64,000 nucleotides of DNA from Candidatus Omnitrophota bacterium (lineage in GTDB: Bacteria > Omnitrophota > Gorgyraeia > JAHJTE01): the NCBI GenBank assembly GCA_018830005.1, contig JAHJTE010000001.1, positions 385,332 to 449,331 of the forward strand, read 5' to 3'. The position numbers and the translations under genes were made by a program. Shown in pieces: positions 27,884 to 37,818 of this stretch; positions within the stretch are counted from its first letter, which is position 1, and every line of letters begins with the position of its first letter. The notes beneath the pieces are model-generated. The model was not told the DNA's origin, searched no databases, and worked only from the letters and a program-made list of their open reading frames with translations.

Positions 27884-29146
27884 ATGGAAATCCGTAAAAT
27901 TCCTATCTCTCAAGTTAAACCCCATCCAGACAATCCACGTGTTCCTCTCACGTCCCAGCATTCAGAATATAGGCAAATCAAAAAGAGCCTGAAAAAATTT
28001 GGGCTTGTGCTGCCTCTTGTTTGTAGCTCGCGGACGAATTATATACTTGGAGGTAATCAACGATACAGCGTATTGCTTACCGAGGGCGTAAAAGAAGTTA
28101 ACGTTGTTTTTGTTGATTTAGACCCTCAACGCGAAAAAGAGCTGATGATTGCGTTAAACGGAATTTATGGACTGTGGGATTATCCTAAATTAGCCGACAT
28201 TCTTCGGGACTTTGGACAACTTCCTGATTTTGATTTTGAGTCAATTGGTTTCACTGTACCTGATTTATCAAATATTTTAGATAATCATCTACCGCTACAG
28301 GATGATACTTTTGACTTTGATGCTGCGCTCGAATCAACTAAAGAGCCGGTTACAAAAAAAGGCGATGTCATTTCATTGGGCATGCATCATCGACTAATGT
28401 GTGGTGATGCGACAAGTGAAGAAGATATGTGTATGCTTCTCGGCGATACGAGGGTTGATTTGCTGGATATCGATTGGCCATACAATGTTAATTACATGGG
28501 AGGAAACTGTCCTCGTGTTGATACCCGACCTAAAAAATCCCGCCGATGGAGCAAGATTTATTCGGATAATCTTCCTCAGTCTGAATATGAAGTTTTTATG
28601 CGCAAGGTTCTCACGAATATAAAACTAAACCTTAAACCAGGTGGAGTTTTTTACCAGTGGCAAGCCCATCGTCAGCTCGGACCACTTTATCAGATTTTGA
28701 TAGATCTCGATTTTCATGTTTCATGTCTTATCTGCTGGAAAAAACAGTCCGCACCCATTTCTTATGCGGATTATTCGTTTCAGACGGAACAGGCTGTCTA
28801 TGGTTGGCTCAAAGGAGAAAGTCATTATTTTGCGGGAAAACCTGGAGCATCAAATTTGTGGGAAATTAAACGCGACTCCACGAAACTTTACGAACACCCT
28901 TGCCAGAAACCAGTAAGTTTAGCCCAGAAAGCAATAAAAAATTCTACGCGCCTCAATGACGTAGTGTTGGATGTTTTTCTGGGATCGGGTTCGGTTTTGA
29001 TAGCTGCCGAATCTCTTAGCCGCAGGTGTTTTGCGATGGAGCTCGATCCTAAATATTGCGACGTGATAGTAAAAAGGTACATAAATTTTGTTGGTAAAAG
29101 TAAAGTTTCTTCGGAAATATTGAATAAATACTGCGAGGAGGTTTAA
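27884..29146 (+). CDS. ParB-like domain + N4/N6 DNA methyltransferase (phage-type)
   Basis: HPDNPR, HRLMCGD, DWPY, HPCQKPV, LDVFLGSGS, ELDPKYCDVI. Confidence 0.9.
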   Translation: MEIRKIPISQVKPHPDNPRVPLTSQHSEYRQIKKSLKKFGLVLPLVCSSRTNYILGGNQRYSVLLTEGVKEVNVVFVDLDPQREKELMIALNGIYGLWDYPKLADILRDFGQLPDFDFESIGFTVPDLSNILDNHLPLQDDTFDFDAALESTKEPVTKKGDVISLGMHHRLMCGDATSEEDMCMLLGDTRVDLLDIDWPYNVNYMGGNCPRVDTRPKKSRRWSKIYSDNLPQSEYEVFMRKVLTNIKLNLKPGGVFYQWQAHRQLGPLYQILIDLDFHVSCLICWKKQSAPISYADYSFQTEQAVYGWLKGESHYFAGKPGASNLWEIKRDSTKLYEHPCQKPVSLAQKAIKNSTRLNDVVLDVFLGSGSVLIAAESLSRRCFAMELDPKYCDVIVKRYINFVGKSKVSSEILNKYCEEV

Positions 29147-29147
29147 A

Positions 29148-29840
29148 ATGGAAAATAAAAATCCAAAATCCGATAGAGAAGGAATTTCGTCAATTACATT
29201 GCTTCAGAAAATAAAATCAGGTGAAATTAGCCCCAAGATGTTAAGTAAAGAAGAACGCCAGGCATGTGTAAGTGTTCTTACTCTGCAGGAAGGATTTACC
29301 ATTGCCCAGATAGCGCAACTTATGTGCTGCTGCGAAAAAACAATTCAACGCGACCTCGCGGAAATAAGAAAGAAAAACTCTCTCGGCCCAAGTCTTGAGT
29401 TAGCAAAAGAGATAATAGGAGGATTTATCGTAAAGGCACAAGTTCACACGTCTCAGCTTATGCGTTTTGCCAGGAGCGGCGAAGGTTCCCTTGGTGAAAG
29501 AGTACAGGCAGAATTTTGTGCTTGGAGAGTCCGTAGGGAACTTATGGAAAAGCTCCAGACATTGGGATACTTACCATTGGTTGCCCAACGGGTCGAGGGA
29601 GAAATCTTCCATTATTGCGAAGACATAGATGGGGAAAAGGGTCTTTTGGAACTAAAGAAATCCTTGGATACTATTGAGACGACGGCTAAAGAAACCGGAA
29701 CACTTGATACCGAGACTCAGGAAAAGATACGTCAAATCAGAGCAAAAATCGAAAAAGCAGAGTTGGAATCGGAAGTAGATAACTTAAATAAAAAACAGGA
29801 TAATAATTTAGGAGAGCAAAATGAATCCGACACTAAATAA
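29148..29840 (+). CDS. HTH protein, possible terminase small subunit
   Basis: IAQIAQLM...KTIQRDL HTH; overlaps terminase large subunit start. Confidence 0.55.
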   Translation: MENKNPKSDREGISSITLLQKIKSGEISPKMLSKEERQACVSVLTLQEGFTIAQIAQLMCCCEKTIQRDLAEIRKKNSLGPSLELAKEIIGGFIVKAQVHTSQLMRFARSGEGSLGERVQAEFCAWRVRRELMEKLQTLGYLPLVAQRVEGEIFHYCEDIDGEKGLLELKKSLDTIETTAKETGTLDTETQEKIRQIRAKIEKAELESEVDNLNKKQDNNLGEQNESDTK

Positions 29841-31380
29841 AGCTAGAAACGCAATTTCCGAATTAAGAAGGATACAGGCAGAAAAATCAGTATTTTCTTT
29901 TGCCAAGACCTATATGTTGCATCATTTAAGCTACCCTTTATCACTCGCGCATTTGGAGAACTTCGAGCTGTTGCTTAATGCTACCAACAAGAGAGGTGAA
30001 AAAATTGCTATTGCAGCGCCAAGATGGTTCGGTAAGTCAACTCTAGCAACTCTTATATATGTAGTTTACTGTATTTGTTTTAAAAAAGAGAGGTTCATCA
30101 TTGTTATTTCCGAGACCTCCAGCCAGGCAGATCATCTTCTCGAAAATATTAAAAAAGAATTAGCCGAAAACGAGCTCCTCATGATTGATTTTCCGGAGAT
30201 TTTTGAGCATCGCGGCAGGCCTAGACCGCCTCGTTGGACGCAGGACCAGATTGAAACCAGAAACGGGATAAAAATACTTGCCTTGGGAACGCAGCAGCGG
30301 ATAACCGGTAGAAAGTACGGCAAATACCGTCCGAGTTTAATTATTCTGGATGATATTGAAAGCGCAAATAAAATTTATTCTGCGGAAAGTGCCGAGAAGA
30401 TGAACGATTGGTTCAATAAAAGCATACTCAAAGCTGGCGATGAACATACGAATTTCTTATTTATAGGGACAGTGCATCACCCGTGCTGTTTTTTTGCAGC
30501 ATATATTAAGCCGCCTATATGGCACGTCAAGAAATATAAGGCAATAATCAGCGAACCGAAGCATCCCGAACTCTGGAGCAAGTGTTTCAATATAAAGAAT
30601 AGCCGGGACGATTTCAAAGGGAAAAGGGGGTTGGATGCGGCTCGCGATTATTATATGAGTCAAAAAGCTCTTATGGATGAAGGGGTGGAGCTTCTTTGGC
30701 CTGCCAGGTGGAAGACTTTTGACATAATGAATATGAGGGATGATGATCAGGTTAGCTTTAGCGCTGAATTTCAGAATGAGCCAATTGACATAAAAACAGC
30801 ATTACTCAGGATAGATTTAGCCGAATATTGGAATAGACATTTTAAATCGCTTGAGGAGTTTCTTCATTATGTAGCAGACAACGTTGATTTCTATCTCGCC
30901 TGCGATCCATGCACAGGACTTGACGTTACAAGGGGAGACTATAGCGCTATTATTGTGATTGCGCGCGACAGAAGAGATGGCGTTTTGTATGTAATAATAG
31001 CCGACATTGAGCGTAGAGATATGGATAAAACTATAGCAGATATATTGGCTTACGCCAGGAGGTTTAGCTTTTCTATGGTTGGTGTAGAGGCAAATGGTTT
31101 TCAAGAGCTAGGGGTAAAATTACTTGAAGAGCAGGCTAGAAAAGAAGGAATTTATTTGCCTGTGGAAAGAATCAAGAATACAGGTGACAAATATAAAAGA
31201 ATACATACCTTAGCGCCACTTCTTAAGAACAGATCTCTACATTTGAATGAGGAACACAAAATCTTATTGGAACAAATGCAATTTTTTCCTCATGCCAAAC
31301 ATGATGATGCTCCCGATGCTTTGGAAATGTGCGTAAGATTGGCGGAAGAGCCGGGGCAAGTCCAAGTGGCTATACTATAG
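29821..31380 (+). CDS. Terminase large subunit-like protein
   Basis: APRWFGKST, ILDDIE, IGT, ACDP..GDYSAI, EANGFQ, HDDAPDAL. Confidence 0.88.
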   Translation: MNPTLNKARNAISELRRIQAEKSVFSFAKTYMLHHLSYPLSLAHLENFELLLNATNKRGEKIAIAAPRWFGKSTLATLIYVVYCICFKKERFIIVISETSSQADHLLENIKKELAENELLMIDFPEIFEHRGRPRPPRWTQDQIETRNGIKILALGTQQRITGRKYGKYRPSLIILDDIESANKIYSAESAEKMNDWFNKSILKAGDEHTNFLFIGTVHHPCCFFAAYIKPPIWHVKKYKAIISEPKHPELWSKCFNIKNSRDDFKGKRGLDAARDYYMSQKALMDEGVELLWPARWKTFDIMNMRDDDQVSFSAEFQNEPIDIKTALLRIDLAEYWNRHFKSLEEFLHYVADNVDFYLACDPCTGLDVTRGDYSAIIVIARDRRDGVLYVIIADIERRDMDKTIADILAYARRFSFSMVGVEANGFQELGVKLLEEQARKEGIYLPVERIKNTGDKYKRIHTLAPLLKNRSLHLNEEHKILLEQMQFFPHAKHDDAPDALEMCVRLAEEPGQVQVAIL

Positions 31381-31412
31381 AGGTGGAATATCTATAAACG
31401 GGGAGGAGTGTA

Positions 31413-31634
31413 TTATTTAACGAAGAAATCGATACTCTTTTTGTAAATTTTTGCGAATTCTTTCAATTGAATAATGTCTACTCTGCGTTGACCAGCCTCT
31501 ATTTTTGAAACATAAGATTGCGTCCTGCCTAGCAATTTCGCAACATCTTCCTGCCTAAGGCCTCTTTCTTTGCGAGCTTTTATCAATTTGTTTACTAGCG
31601 CCTTGTGACCTTCTGAATAAATAGTTTTGTCCAT
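31413..31634 (-). CDS. XRE-family HTH regulator
   Basis: ARKERGLRQEDVAKLLGRTQSYVSKIEAGQRR. Confidence 0.9.
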   Translation of the reverse strand: MDKTIYSEGHKALVNKLIKARKERGLRQEDVAKLLGRTQSYVSKIEAGQRRVDIIQLKEFAKIYKKSIDFFVK

Positions 31635-31722
31635 ATGATTTGACTTCCTTCAACAATATGGTATATTACGTATTGGAATATGCCAAAATGGAATAATAAT
31701 AGACGAGGACAATAAGGATAGA

Positions 31723-32751
31723 ATGAATAAGGAAATTAATGCTGATGTGGAGTCAGGGGCTTCGAAAAGACTCCGTTTTGACGTTAAAACCCTTGAGCGC
31801 TACGAATTCGTTAACTATATAATCGAATATTTAAAGAATAATATTGGCGTTACAATAGAATCTCCAAACTACTCTAACCATCTTGCCTTTTATAAGGGCT
31901 CTATCCACGTTAAAAACAAACAATTACCTGCTACGATAGTAGGTTATGGTGGCTCAGGCACAGACTTAAGGGATTTACCTACACCCCTGCAAACAGAGCT
32001 ATTGCCTTTGGTATTTGAGTATTGGAATAAGATATCTGCTGGTAACAACGCCGTACCGCTTCTAATATTGGGGCATTCCTTTGATGAGGTATTTTTAAGA
32101 AAAATCCGCCTGCTTAAAATAGCTGTTCCGGATATCCGTTTGATACAGTTTATTAATGTTTACCGTTTTGAGTCTCTTCAAGAGCGCTTTAGGCGCTTAA
32201 AGGAGCATTTCGAAGGTAGCCTTACTAAAACTCTGAAGATAAAGAATGAAGTAATGGATTTTCAGGCAGCAGTAATGGTGTATCTTAAAAACGGCGGGAA
32301 ATTAGGAAGTTATAGCTACGATGTTCTTGATTGCGAAGTGCCTGCAGGTGAGGGGACAAAAAAGTCTGAGGTAATCGATATTCTTGCCCTTGAACGTAAA
32401 CGCAAGTGGCTTACGGTTATAGAGCTTAAATACGAGAAATTATTAAACGCACGCCTACAAAGCGTAATCTTCCAAGGGCTTGATTACTGTAATTGGGTTG
32501 AGGATCATAAAAGGGGTTTAGCAATGCTTTTTCCGGAGCATGCCATTGACGTGCGCCGAAGAACCAGGCTTATTTTAATCAACGGCCCTGAGAAGTTTCC
32601 AGAATTCCATGAAAAATTCGCTAAAGCATGCAATCTCCAGGACCGATACCAGGAAATCGAGCTTTACTTTATAAACGATCGTGTGCCGCTTCAATTTAGC
32701 CAGTTTGCTAAGCTATCGAAACCACAAGGAAAACCACAAGGAAAACGTTGA
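31723..32751 (+). CDS. Hypothetical protein with C-terminal PD-(D/E)XK-like nuclease motifs
   Basis: IDILAL...VIELK...QGLDY. Confidence 0.6.
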   Translation: MNKEINADVESGASKRLRFDVKTLERYEFVNYIIEYLKNNIGVTIESPNYSNHLAFYKGSIHVKNKQLPATIVGYGGSGTDLRDLPTPLQTELLPLVFEYWNKISAGNNAVPLLILGHSFDEVFLRKIRLLKIAVPDIRLIQFINVYRFESLQERFRRLKEHFEGSLTKTLKIKNEVMDFQAAVMVYLKNGGKLGSYSYDVLDCEVPAGEGTKKSEVIDILALERKRKWLTVIELKYEKLLNARLQSVIFQGLDYCNWVEDHKRGLAMLFPEHAIDVRRRTRLILINGPEKFPEFHEKFAKACNLQDRYQEIELYFINDRVPLQFSQFAKLSKPQGKPQGKR

Positions 32752-32776
32752 CAAAGATTTATAAAGGGTATATATT
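32748..32776 (+). promoter_or_regulatory. sigma70-type promoter
   Basis: TTGACA-17nt-TATATT. Confidence 0.6.
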
Positions 32777-32836
32777 AATAATGGTTTTAGAAAGTAGGGT
32801 CCTGAGTTGAAGGGGGAACCTGGACATTAAAAAAGT

Positions 32837-32871
32837 AAAACCTTTGCCCGGAAAAAAGGCAAAGGTTTTTT
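32837..32871 (+). terminator. Intrinsic terminator-like hairpin in the leader
   Basis: AAAACCTTTGCC...GGCAAAGGTTTT then T run. Confidence 0.65.
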
Positions 32872-32898
32872 GTTTTATAGGGGTTAAGGAGAAAAGAT

Positions 32899-33426
32899 AT
32901 GAAACATCCTTTTCATAAGAAAATTGGGGATTTAATCAATAATACAGTCTTTCCAGATTGCAAAATAATAAAAGACCCTGCCTGTGGTGGCGATCAGCAT
33001 ATACCGTTATTTTGTTCAGAAAAGCGCTCAAGAGAAACAGAATATTGCAATGTCGACCTCTTGATAACCGTTGATAATAAGATTAAGGTTATTATAGAAA
33101 TTGAAGAGGCTAATATTAAGCCCACGCAGATCTGTGGTAAATTCCTTACCTCGGCCTTATCGAAATATTTCATTCATGAATCTGAAAATAACAGCCTTGT
33201 TAGAATGGCAGATTCGGTCTTGTTTATCCAGATATTAGACACATTGAAGTTGAAAATAGATAAGACAGCGAAAACAAAGCAATGGGAGCAGATCAAAAAG
33301 TCTATCCAAAATATAATTTCTTTCAAGGAAAGCAGTATTAGCCAATACGAAATATTTTATGGGAATAAAGAAAAATTCGATGAGAAAAGATTAGTAGATT
33401 GCATCTCGGGATTTTTAAAACGATAG
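32899..33426 (+). CDS. Hypothetical protein, possible restriction-endonuclease-like fold
   Basis: VDLLI...IIEIEE; RBS AAGGAG. Confidence 0.55.
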   Translation: MKHPFHKKIGDLINNTVFPDCKIIKDPACGGDQHIPLFCSEKRSRETEYCNVDLLITVDNKIKVIIEIEEANIKPTQICGKFLTSALSKYFIHESENNSLVRMADSVLFIQILDTLKLKIDKTAKTKQWEQIKKSIQNIISFKESSISQYEIFYGNKEKFDEKRLVDCISGFLKR

Positions 33427-33433
33427 GAGAAAA

Positions 33434-34036
33434 ATGACTATTAGAGAGCGATATGAAGATTTAAAGAAAAAAGTAGTTAAGCGTAGAGAAGAATTTGAAA
33501 CTTTTATCAATATGCTTGAAAAGGAAACTAGTTGGCTCACCAGCCCTGCAAGCACAAGGTTTCATTTAAATAAAGAAGGCGGGCTTTTGGAGCATAGCGT
33601 GGGCGTTACTGAAACACTTCTAAAATTACGTGAAACTCTCGCTCCTCAGTTATCTGAAGAATCCTGTGTTATTGTAGGGTTATTTCACGATGTCGGTAAA
33701 ATTGGTATGCCTGGTAAGCCAAGATACTTAAAGAATGACAATGAATGGGAAGTAAAGAATAGAGATAAGACTTATAAAGTCAATCCCAAAGAAGTATATA
33801 TGAACTTGGCGGCGCGCAGCCTGTACTTAATTGCAAAATATATTCCTTTATCCGATTCAGAAGCCCAGGCTATTTTGTATCATGACGGACAGTATGTCGA
33901 AGCCAATAAAGAAGTAGCGCACCGCGAAACGCCTTTGACTCTATTGGTGCATTTTGCCGATTGTTGGACTGCTCATGTATACGAAGAAAGGTATAGTATT
34001 CAGGAGGATACAAATTACTATGACAAAAAGGACTAA
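33434..34036 (+). CDS. HD-domain phosphohydrolase
   Basis: PAS..FH..GGLLEHS, HDVGK, HDG, HFAD. Confidence 0.85.
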   Translation: MTIRERYEDLKKKVVKRREEFETFINMLEKETSWLTSPASTRFHLNKEGGLLEHSVGVTETLLKLRETLAPQLSEESCVIVGLFHDVGKIGMPGKPRYLKNDNEWEVKNRDKTYKVNPKEVYMNLAARSLYLIAKYIPLSDSEAQAILYHDGQYVEANKEVAHRETPLTLLVHFADCWTAHVYEERYSIQEDTNYYDKKD

Positions 34037-34793
34037 AATCAATATACTTTTAACTAATGATGACGGCATTTATTCTGAAGGAATTCGAGCTCTTTACGAA
34101 TCGCTTAAAACAATAGGAAGAGTTACTATTGTTGCCCCCGATGCAGAAAGAAGCGCTGTAGGGCATGCGATTACGCTTTCCGATCCTTTAAGAGTTAAAA
34201 AAGTCAACAGAGGCGGTAAGTTCTTGGGCTATGCTACCACCGGCACTCCTGCTGATTGCGTAAAGCTTGCAATTAGGGCCTTATTAAAGAAAAAACCGGA
34301 TTTGATTGTTTCGGGGATTAATCTAGGGCCAAATGTAGGCTATAGCGTGCTTTATTCGGGGACAGTTTCAGGGGCAACAGAAGGAGCGATTCTAGGGATA
34401 CCGTCCTTTGCAATTTCCCTTGCCACTTTTACTAATCCTAATTACAGTTTTGCCGCTAAATTTGCCAAAAAACTCGCTAAACAGATCATTCAGAATAAGG
34501 GTTTGCCTAAAGGCACGCTTTTAAATGTCAATATACCGGCCGTAAACCAGAAATACATTAAGGGTGTTCGAATCGTCAAGCAGAGTGAAAAGGCGATCGA
34601 AGAGCGTTTTGATAAGAGGGAAGATCCTCGTAAGCGTATCTATTATTGGCTTACAGGCGAGGTTATTAAATCAGATAAAAAAGAGGATGCTGATATCGAA
34701 ACCATCCGCAGTAACTACATTTCCATTACCCCCATTCATTGCGATATGACCAATTACGATTTCCTAAAAGAACTTAAGAACTGGAAGTTTTAG
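34020..34793 (+). CDS. surE: 5'/3'-nucleotidase SurE (start corrected to ATG 34020)
   Basis: LLTNDDG, GTPADCV, SGINLGPN, YSGTV; RBS GGAGG. Confidence 0.95.
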   Translation: MTKRTKINILLTNDDGIYSEGIRALYESLKTIGRVTIVAPDAERSAVGHAITLSDPLRVKKVNRGGKFLGYATTGTPADCVKLAIRALLKKKPDLIVSGINLGPNVGYSVLYSGTVSGATEGAILGIPSFAISLATFTNPNYSFAAKFAKKLAKQIIQNKGLPKGTLLNVNIPAVNQKYIKGVRIVKQSEKAIEERFDKREDPRKRIYYWLTGEVIKSDKKEDADIETIRSNYISITPIHCDMTNYDFLKELKNWKF

Positions 34794-34990
34794 CTGTATA
34801 CAGAGAGTTTTTCTGCCGCGCTATATTTCTGGGCCTCCTCATGGGAGTCACCTCTCAAATTTACCAATAGCTGTGTACGGAGAGGTCGTCCCCTTGTGGG
34901 ATATTACTGCCCCTCCTCATGGGAGTCACCTCTCAAATTTCATAAAAGCTGCGTCTAAAGAGGTCATCCCCTTGTGAAATATTTCTGCCC
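34792..34990. repeat. About 2.5 tandem copies of a 77-78-bp unit
   Basis: Units begin AGCTG at 34792, 34869 and 34947; CCTCCTCATGGGAGTCACCTCTCAAATTT exactly duplicated. Confidence 0.85.
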
Positions 34991-35122
34991 GGTCCGAGAG
35001 GAAATACCTCTTACTGGTATCTCGGAAGAACACATTTTATCTTGATTTTTGCAACAAGAAAACTATAATAGAATGAGTTAAATACGGATAATTTTTTAAG
35101 CTTTAAGCAAGGGATCAATATT

Positions 35123-35518
35123 ATGTTAGGATATTTAATTTTATTATTTACCGTAGTTCCAATTGTAGAGCTGGCGCTTTTGATTAAGGTTGGCCAATAC
35201 CTTGGCGTTGGTTATACACTTTTAATTGTTATTATTACAGGAGTGGTTGGGGCGTATTTGGCAAAACTGCAAGGGCTTCTTACTCTGCGCAGGATACAAG
35301 AAGAGGTAAATCAGGGTAGGATGCCGGCAGATAAATTGTTTGATGGTGTTTTGATTTTATGTAGTGGAATATTACTTTTAACCCCTGGGCTTATAACTGA
35401 TCTGACTGGCTTTCTGGGGTTGATTCCATTCACGCGAAATTTGTTTAAACAATGGCTTAAACGCAAAATTAAGGATATTATTAGCCAGGGAAGGGTTATT
35501 AGGATTTATCGTAATTGA
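35123..35518 (+). CDS. fxsA: FxsA family membrane protein
   Basis: PIVELALLIKVG, LLLTPGLITD. Confidence 0.9.
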   Translation: MLGYLILLFTVVPIVELALLIKVGQYLGVGYTLLIVIITGVVGAYLAKLQGLLTLRRIQEEVNQGRMPADKLFDGVLILCSGILLLTPGLITDLTGFLGLIPFTRNLFKQWLKRKIKDIISQGRVIRIYRN

Positions 35519-35528
35519 TCTCTTTAAT

Positions 35529-36872
35529 TTATCTTCTAGATTTGGAAGGTAAAATTTTTAATTGTTTTCGATACTTGACTATGGTACGGCGGGAGACTGA
35601 AATTCCTTCTTGTTTGAGGTCTTTGGAGATTTTTTGATCGGCTAAAGGCTTCTCTTTATTTTCGTTTTCTATCAGGTCTTTTATTTTTGATTTTATTGTC
35701 TTGGATGAGAAAAACACGCCATTCTCTTGCTTAACTCCAGAATTTAGAAAATTTCGCACCTCAAAGATGCCGTATGCCGTCTGAAGATACTTGTTAGCGA
35801 TGGCTCTGCTTACTGTGGATTTATGTTTTCCAATCCTTTTGGCAATTTGCTCTAGAGTCATGGGTTTAAAATTAGCTGCGCCCTTATCAAAAAAATCCTT
35901 CTGAGCATAAACTACGTCTTCTATCACCTTTTGAACCGTCTCCTTGCGTTTATGAACTGCATTAATTAAAACCCTAGCTGCTTTAAGCCTTTCTTTTAAA
36001 TATTCTTTGGCGTCTTGAGGGGTATCTTTTCGCTTTATCATCTGTTTATATTTATCGTTAAGGGTAATGTGAGGCAATTCCCAATCATTCATTATGACCT
36101 CATATCCATCTTTACTTTTTCTTACAACTGCATCCGGTTTAAGATAATTGGTTTTTTCGTTGTTGAAAGCACGCCCGGGTTTGGGGTCTAAGGCGGCTAT
36201 TTCTTTCATAGCCTCTTTGATTTTTTCAACCGAAATTTTGAGTTTTTTGGCAATATACTTATATCTTTTCTTCTCTAGGAAAGGTAGATACTTATCTGCG
36301 ATTTGTCCTGCTAGTGAGTTTTCTTGGCCCTTGGCTTTTATTTGTATTAAAAGACATTCTCTTAAGTTTCTTGAGCCTACGCCAATAGGGTCAAAGGTTT
36401 GTATCAAAAATAATACTTTTTCGATTCTTTTGCCAATGGTGCTCGTCAAGGAGCCGCCTTCAGCGGAAGAGGTAATTGTATTCGCAGATTCAGCTATGTC
36501 TTCTAAAGAACACCGCAGATACCCGTCAGCATCTATATTTCCTATGATTAACTCTCCGATTTTCTGATCGAGCTTAGCATCAGTGAGTAACCGAAGTTGT
36601 CTTAAGAGATGATCAGCAAGTGTGGTAGGTCTAGTTATAAGGCTTTCTAAATAATTTTTCTTTTCTTCCTCATTATCTTGAAATTTTTCTTTAGACTTGG
36701 AAAATGAATCCGCACTTTCTAAATCCAATAAAGGATTTTCTTCGGCCTGCTGTTTTACAAATTCCTGTAGTTTGACCAGAGGTAACTGCAACAGGTTTAT
36801 AGACAGCCTCATCTGAGGAGTAAGTCTCAATTTATAGGTTAATTTATTGATGGGTTTTAGTTGTAGAGGCAT
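35529..36872 (-). CDS. rpoN: RNA polymerase sigma-54 factor
   Basis: LTPQMRLSINLLQL, ENPLL, HKSTVSRA, RpoN box variant SRRTIVKYR; likely start ATG 36872. Confidence 0.92.
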   Translation of the reverse strand: MPLQLKPINKLTYKLRLTPQMRLSINLLQLPLVKLQEFVKQQAEENPLLDLESADSFSKSKEKFQDNEEEKKNYLESLITRPTTLADHLLRQLRLLTDAKLDQKIGELIIGNIDADGYLRCSLEDIAESANTITSSAEGGSLTSTIGKRIEKVLFLIQTFDPIGVGSRNLRECLLIQIKAKGQENSLAGQIADKYLPFLEKKRYKYIAKKLKISVEKIKEAMKEIAALDPKPGRAFNNEKTNYLKPDAVVRKSKDGYEVIMNDWELPHITLNDKYKQMIKRKDTPQDAKEYLKERLKAARVLINAVHKRKETVQKVIEDVVYAQKDFFDKGAANFKPMTLEQIAKRIGKHKSTVSRAIANKYLQTAYGIFEVRNFLNSGVKQENGVFFSSKTIKSKIKDLIENENKEKPLADQKISKDLKQEGISVSRRTIVKYRKQLKILPSKSRR

Positions 36873-37166
36873 ATCTTTCTTTTTAATTAATGATTTAGTG
36901 GTAATCTGTATTATACTCAAAATTCTTAATTTGGCAAGTCTCGTTAGATATTTTCTTTTTATAAACCACTTTAGAAAGGGTAATATTTTCTAACGGGATA
37001 AATTAATTAAAGAATTTTAAAAAGAATTAATTTGAAAATATGGTCAGAAGAGGTTTAACAAAATTGTGTTTAACAAAATATTGTAGTAAGTACCACGCTA
37101 AATTTTATTTGACAAAAGTGACCAGATGTGGCAAAATAATTTCTCTGTAAGATAGGGCGAAAAGCT

Positions 37167-37712
37167 ATGTTGGATATAAAAATAGGACTTAAGATAAGAA
37201 GTATAAGAAATTCCAAAAGAACTACTCTTCAGGAATTAGCTAATATAACAAAACTAACCACGAGCTTCATCTCGCAGGTTGAAAGAGGTATTGCATCACC
37301 ATCTGTGGATTCTTTAAGAAAGATTGCTCAGGCTTTAGGTGTAAGTGCTGGACAATTCTTTGAAGAGGAGCTGAAAGAATTTACCTTTATTAGAAAGAAT
37401 AAGGCGCCAAAAGTAATAGACAAAGAGACAAAATCTTCATACGAGACATTAGTCTCTGATCTTTTAGGCGTAACGATGAAGCCGCTAATTATTAGGCTAC
37501 AGAAAGGCGGCGAGCTCAAAAAACAATTACTTCTTGAAGAAGGTGATGTATTCATAATGGTGATGGGAGGAAATGTAGAGCTCGTCTTTGATAAAGAGAA
37601 GTTTGTTTTAAATAAAGGGGATAGCTTCTATTGCAAGGGTCAAAATAGACCTCAGAAAATAATAAATGCTGGCAGTAAAGAAGCGACCCTTCTATGGGTT
37701 AAGAGCAAATAG
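37167..37712 (+). CDS. XRE-HTH + cupin regulator
   Basis: SFISQVERG.ASPS; C-terminal cupin GDSFY. Confidence 0.88.
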   Translation: MLDIKIGLKIRSIRNSKRTTLQELANITKLTTSFISQVERGIASPSVDSLRKIAQALGVSAGQFFEEELKEFTFIRKNKAPKVIDKETKSSYETLVSDLLGVTMKPLIIRLQKGGELKKQLLLEEGDVFIMVMGGNVELVFDKEKFVLNKGDSFYCKGQNRPQKIINAGSKEATLLWVKSK

Positions 37713-37818
37713 GTCTTTTTAACAAAAAAGGCCTATTTTTTTGACATATGTTATACATTGATGTTGAATGTCATAAGTAAGATATAATGAGATAATACCT
37801 TGCAATATAAGGAGTTAG

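Larger units (their letters stand above)
14980..34990. mobile_element. Large integrative island (serine recombinase/DUF2924 type); right boundary uncertain
   Basis: Starts at the last ACCCCA; carries recombinase, DUF2924, excisionase-like HTH, defence genes, ParB-MTase and terminase; right end tentatively placed at the 77-bp repeats. Confidence 0.6.

Noticed and set aside
27884-31380. Complete prophage
   Set aside because: No portal, capsid, tail or lysis genes visible in the window
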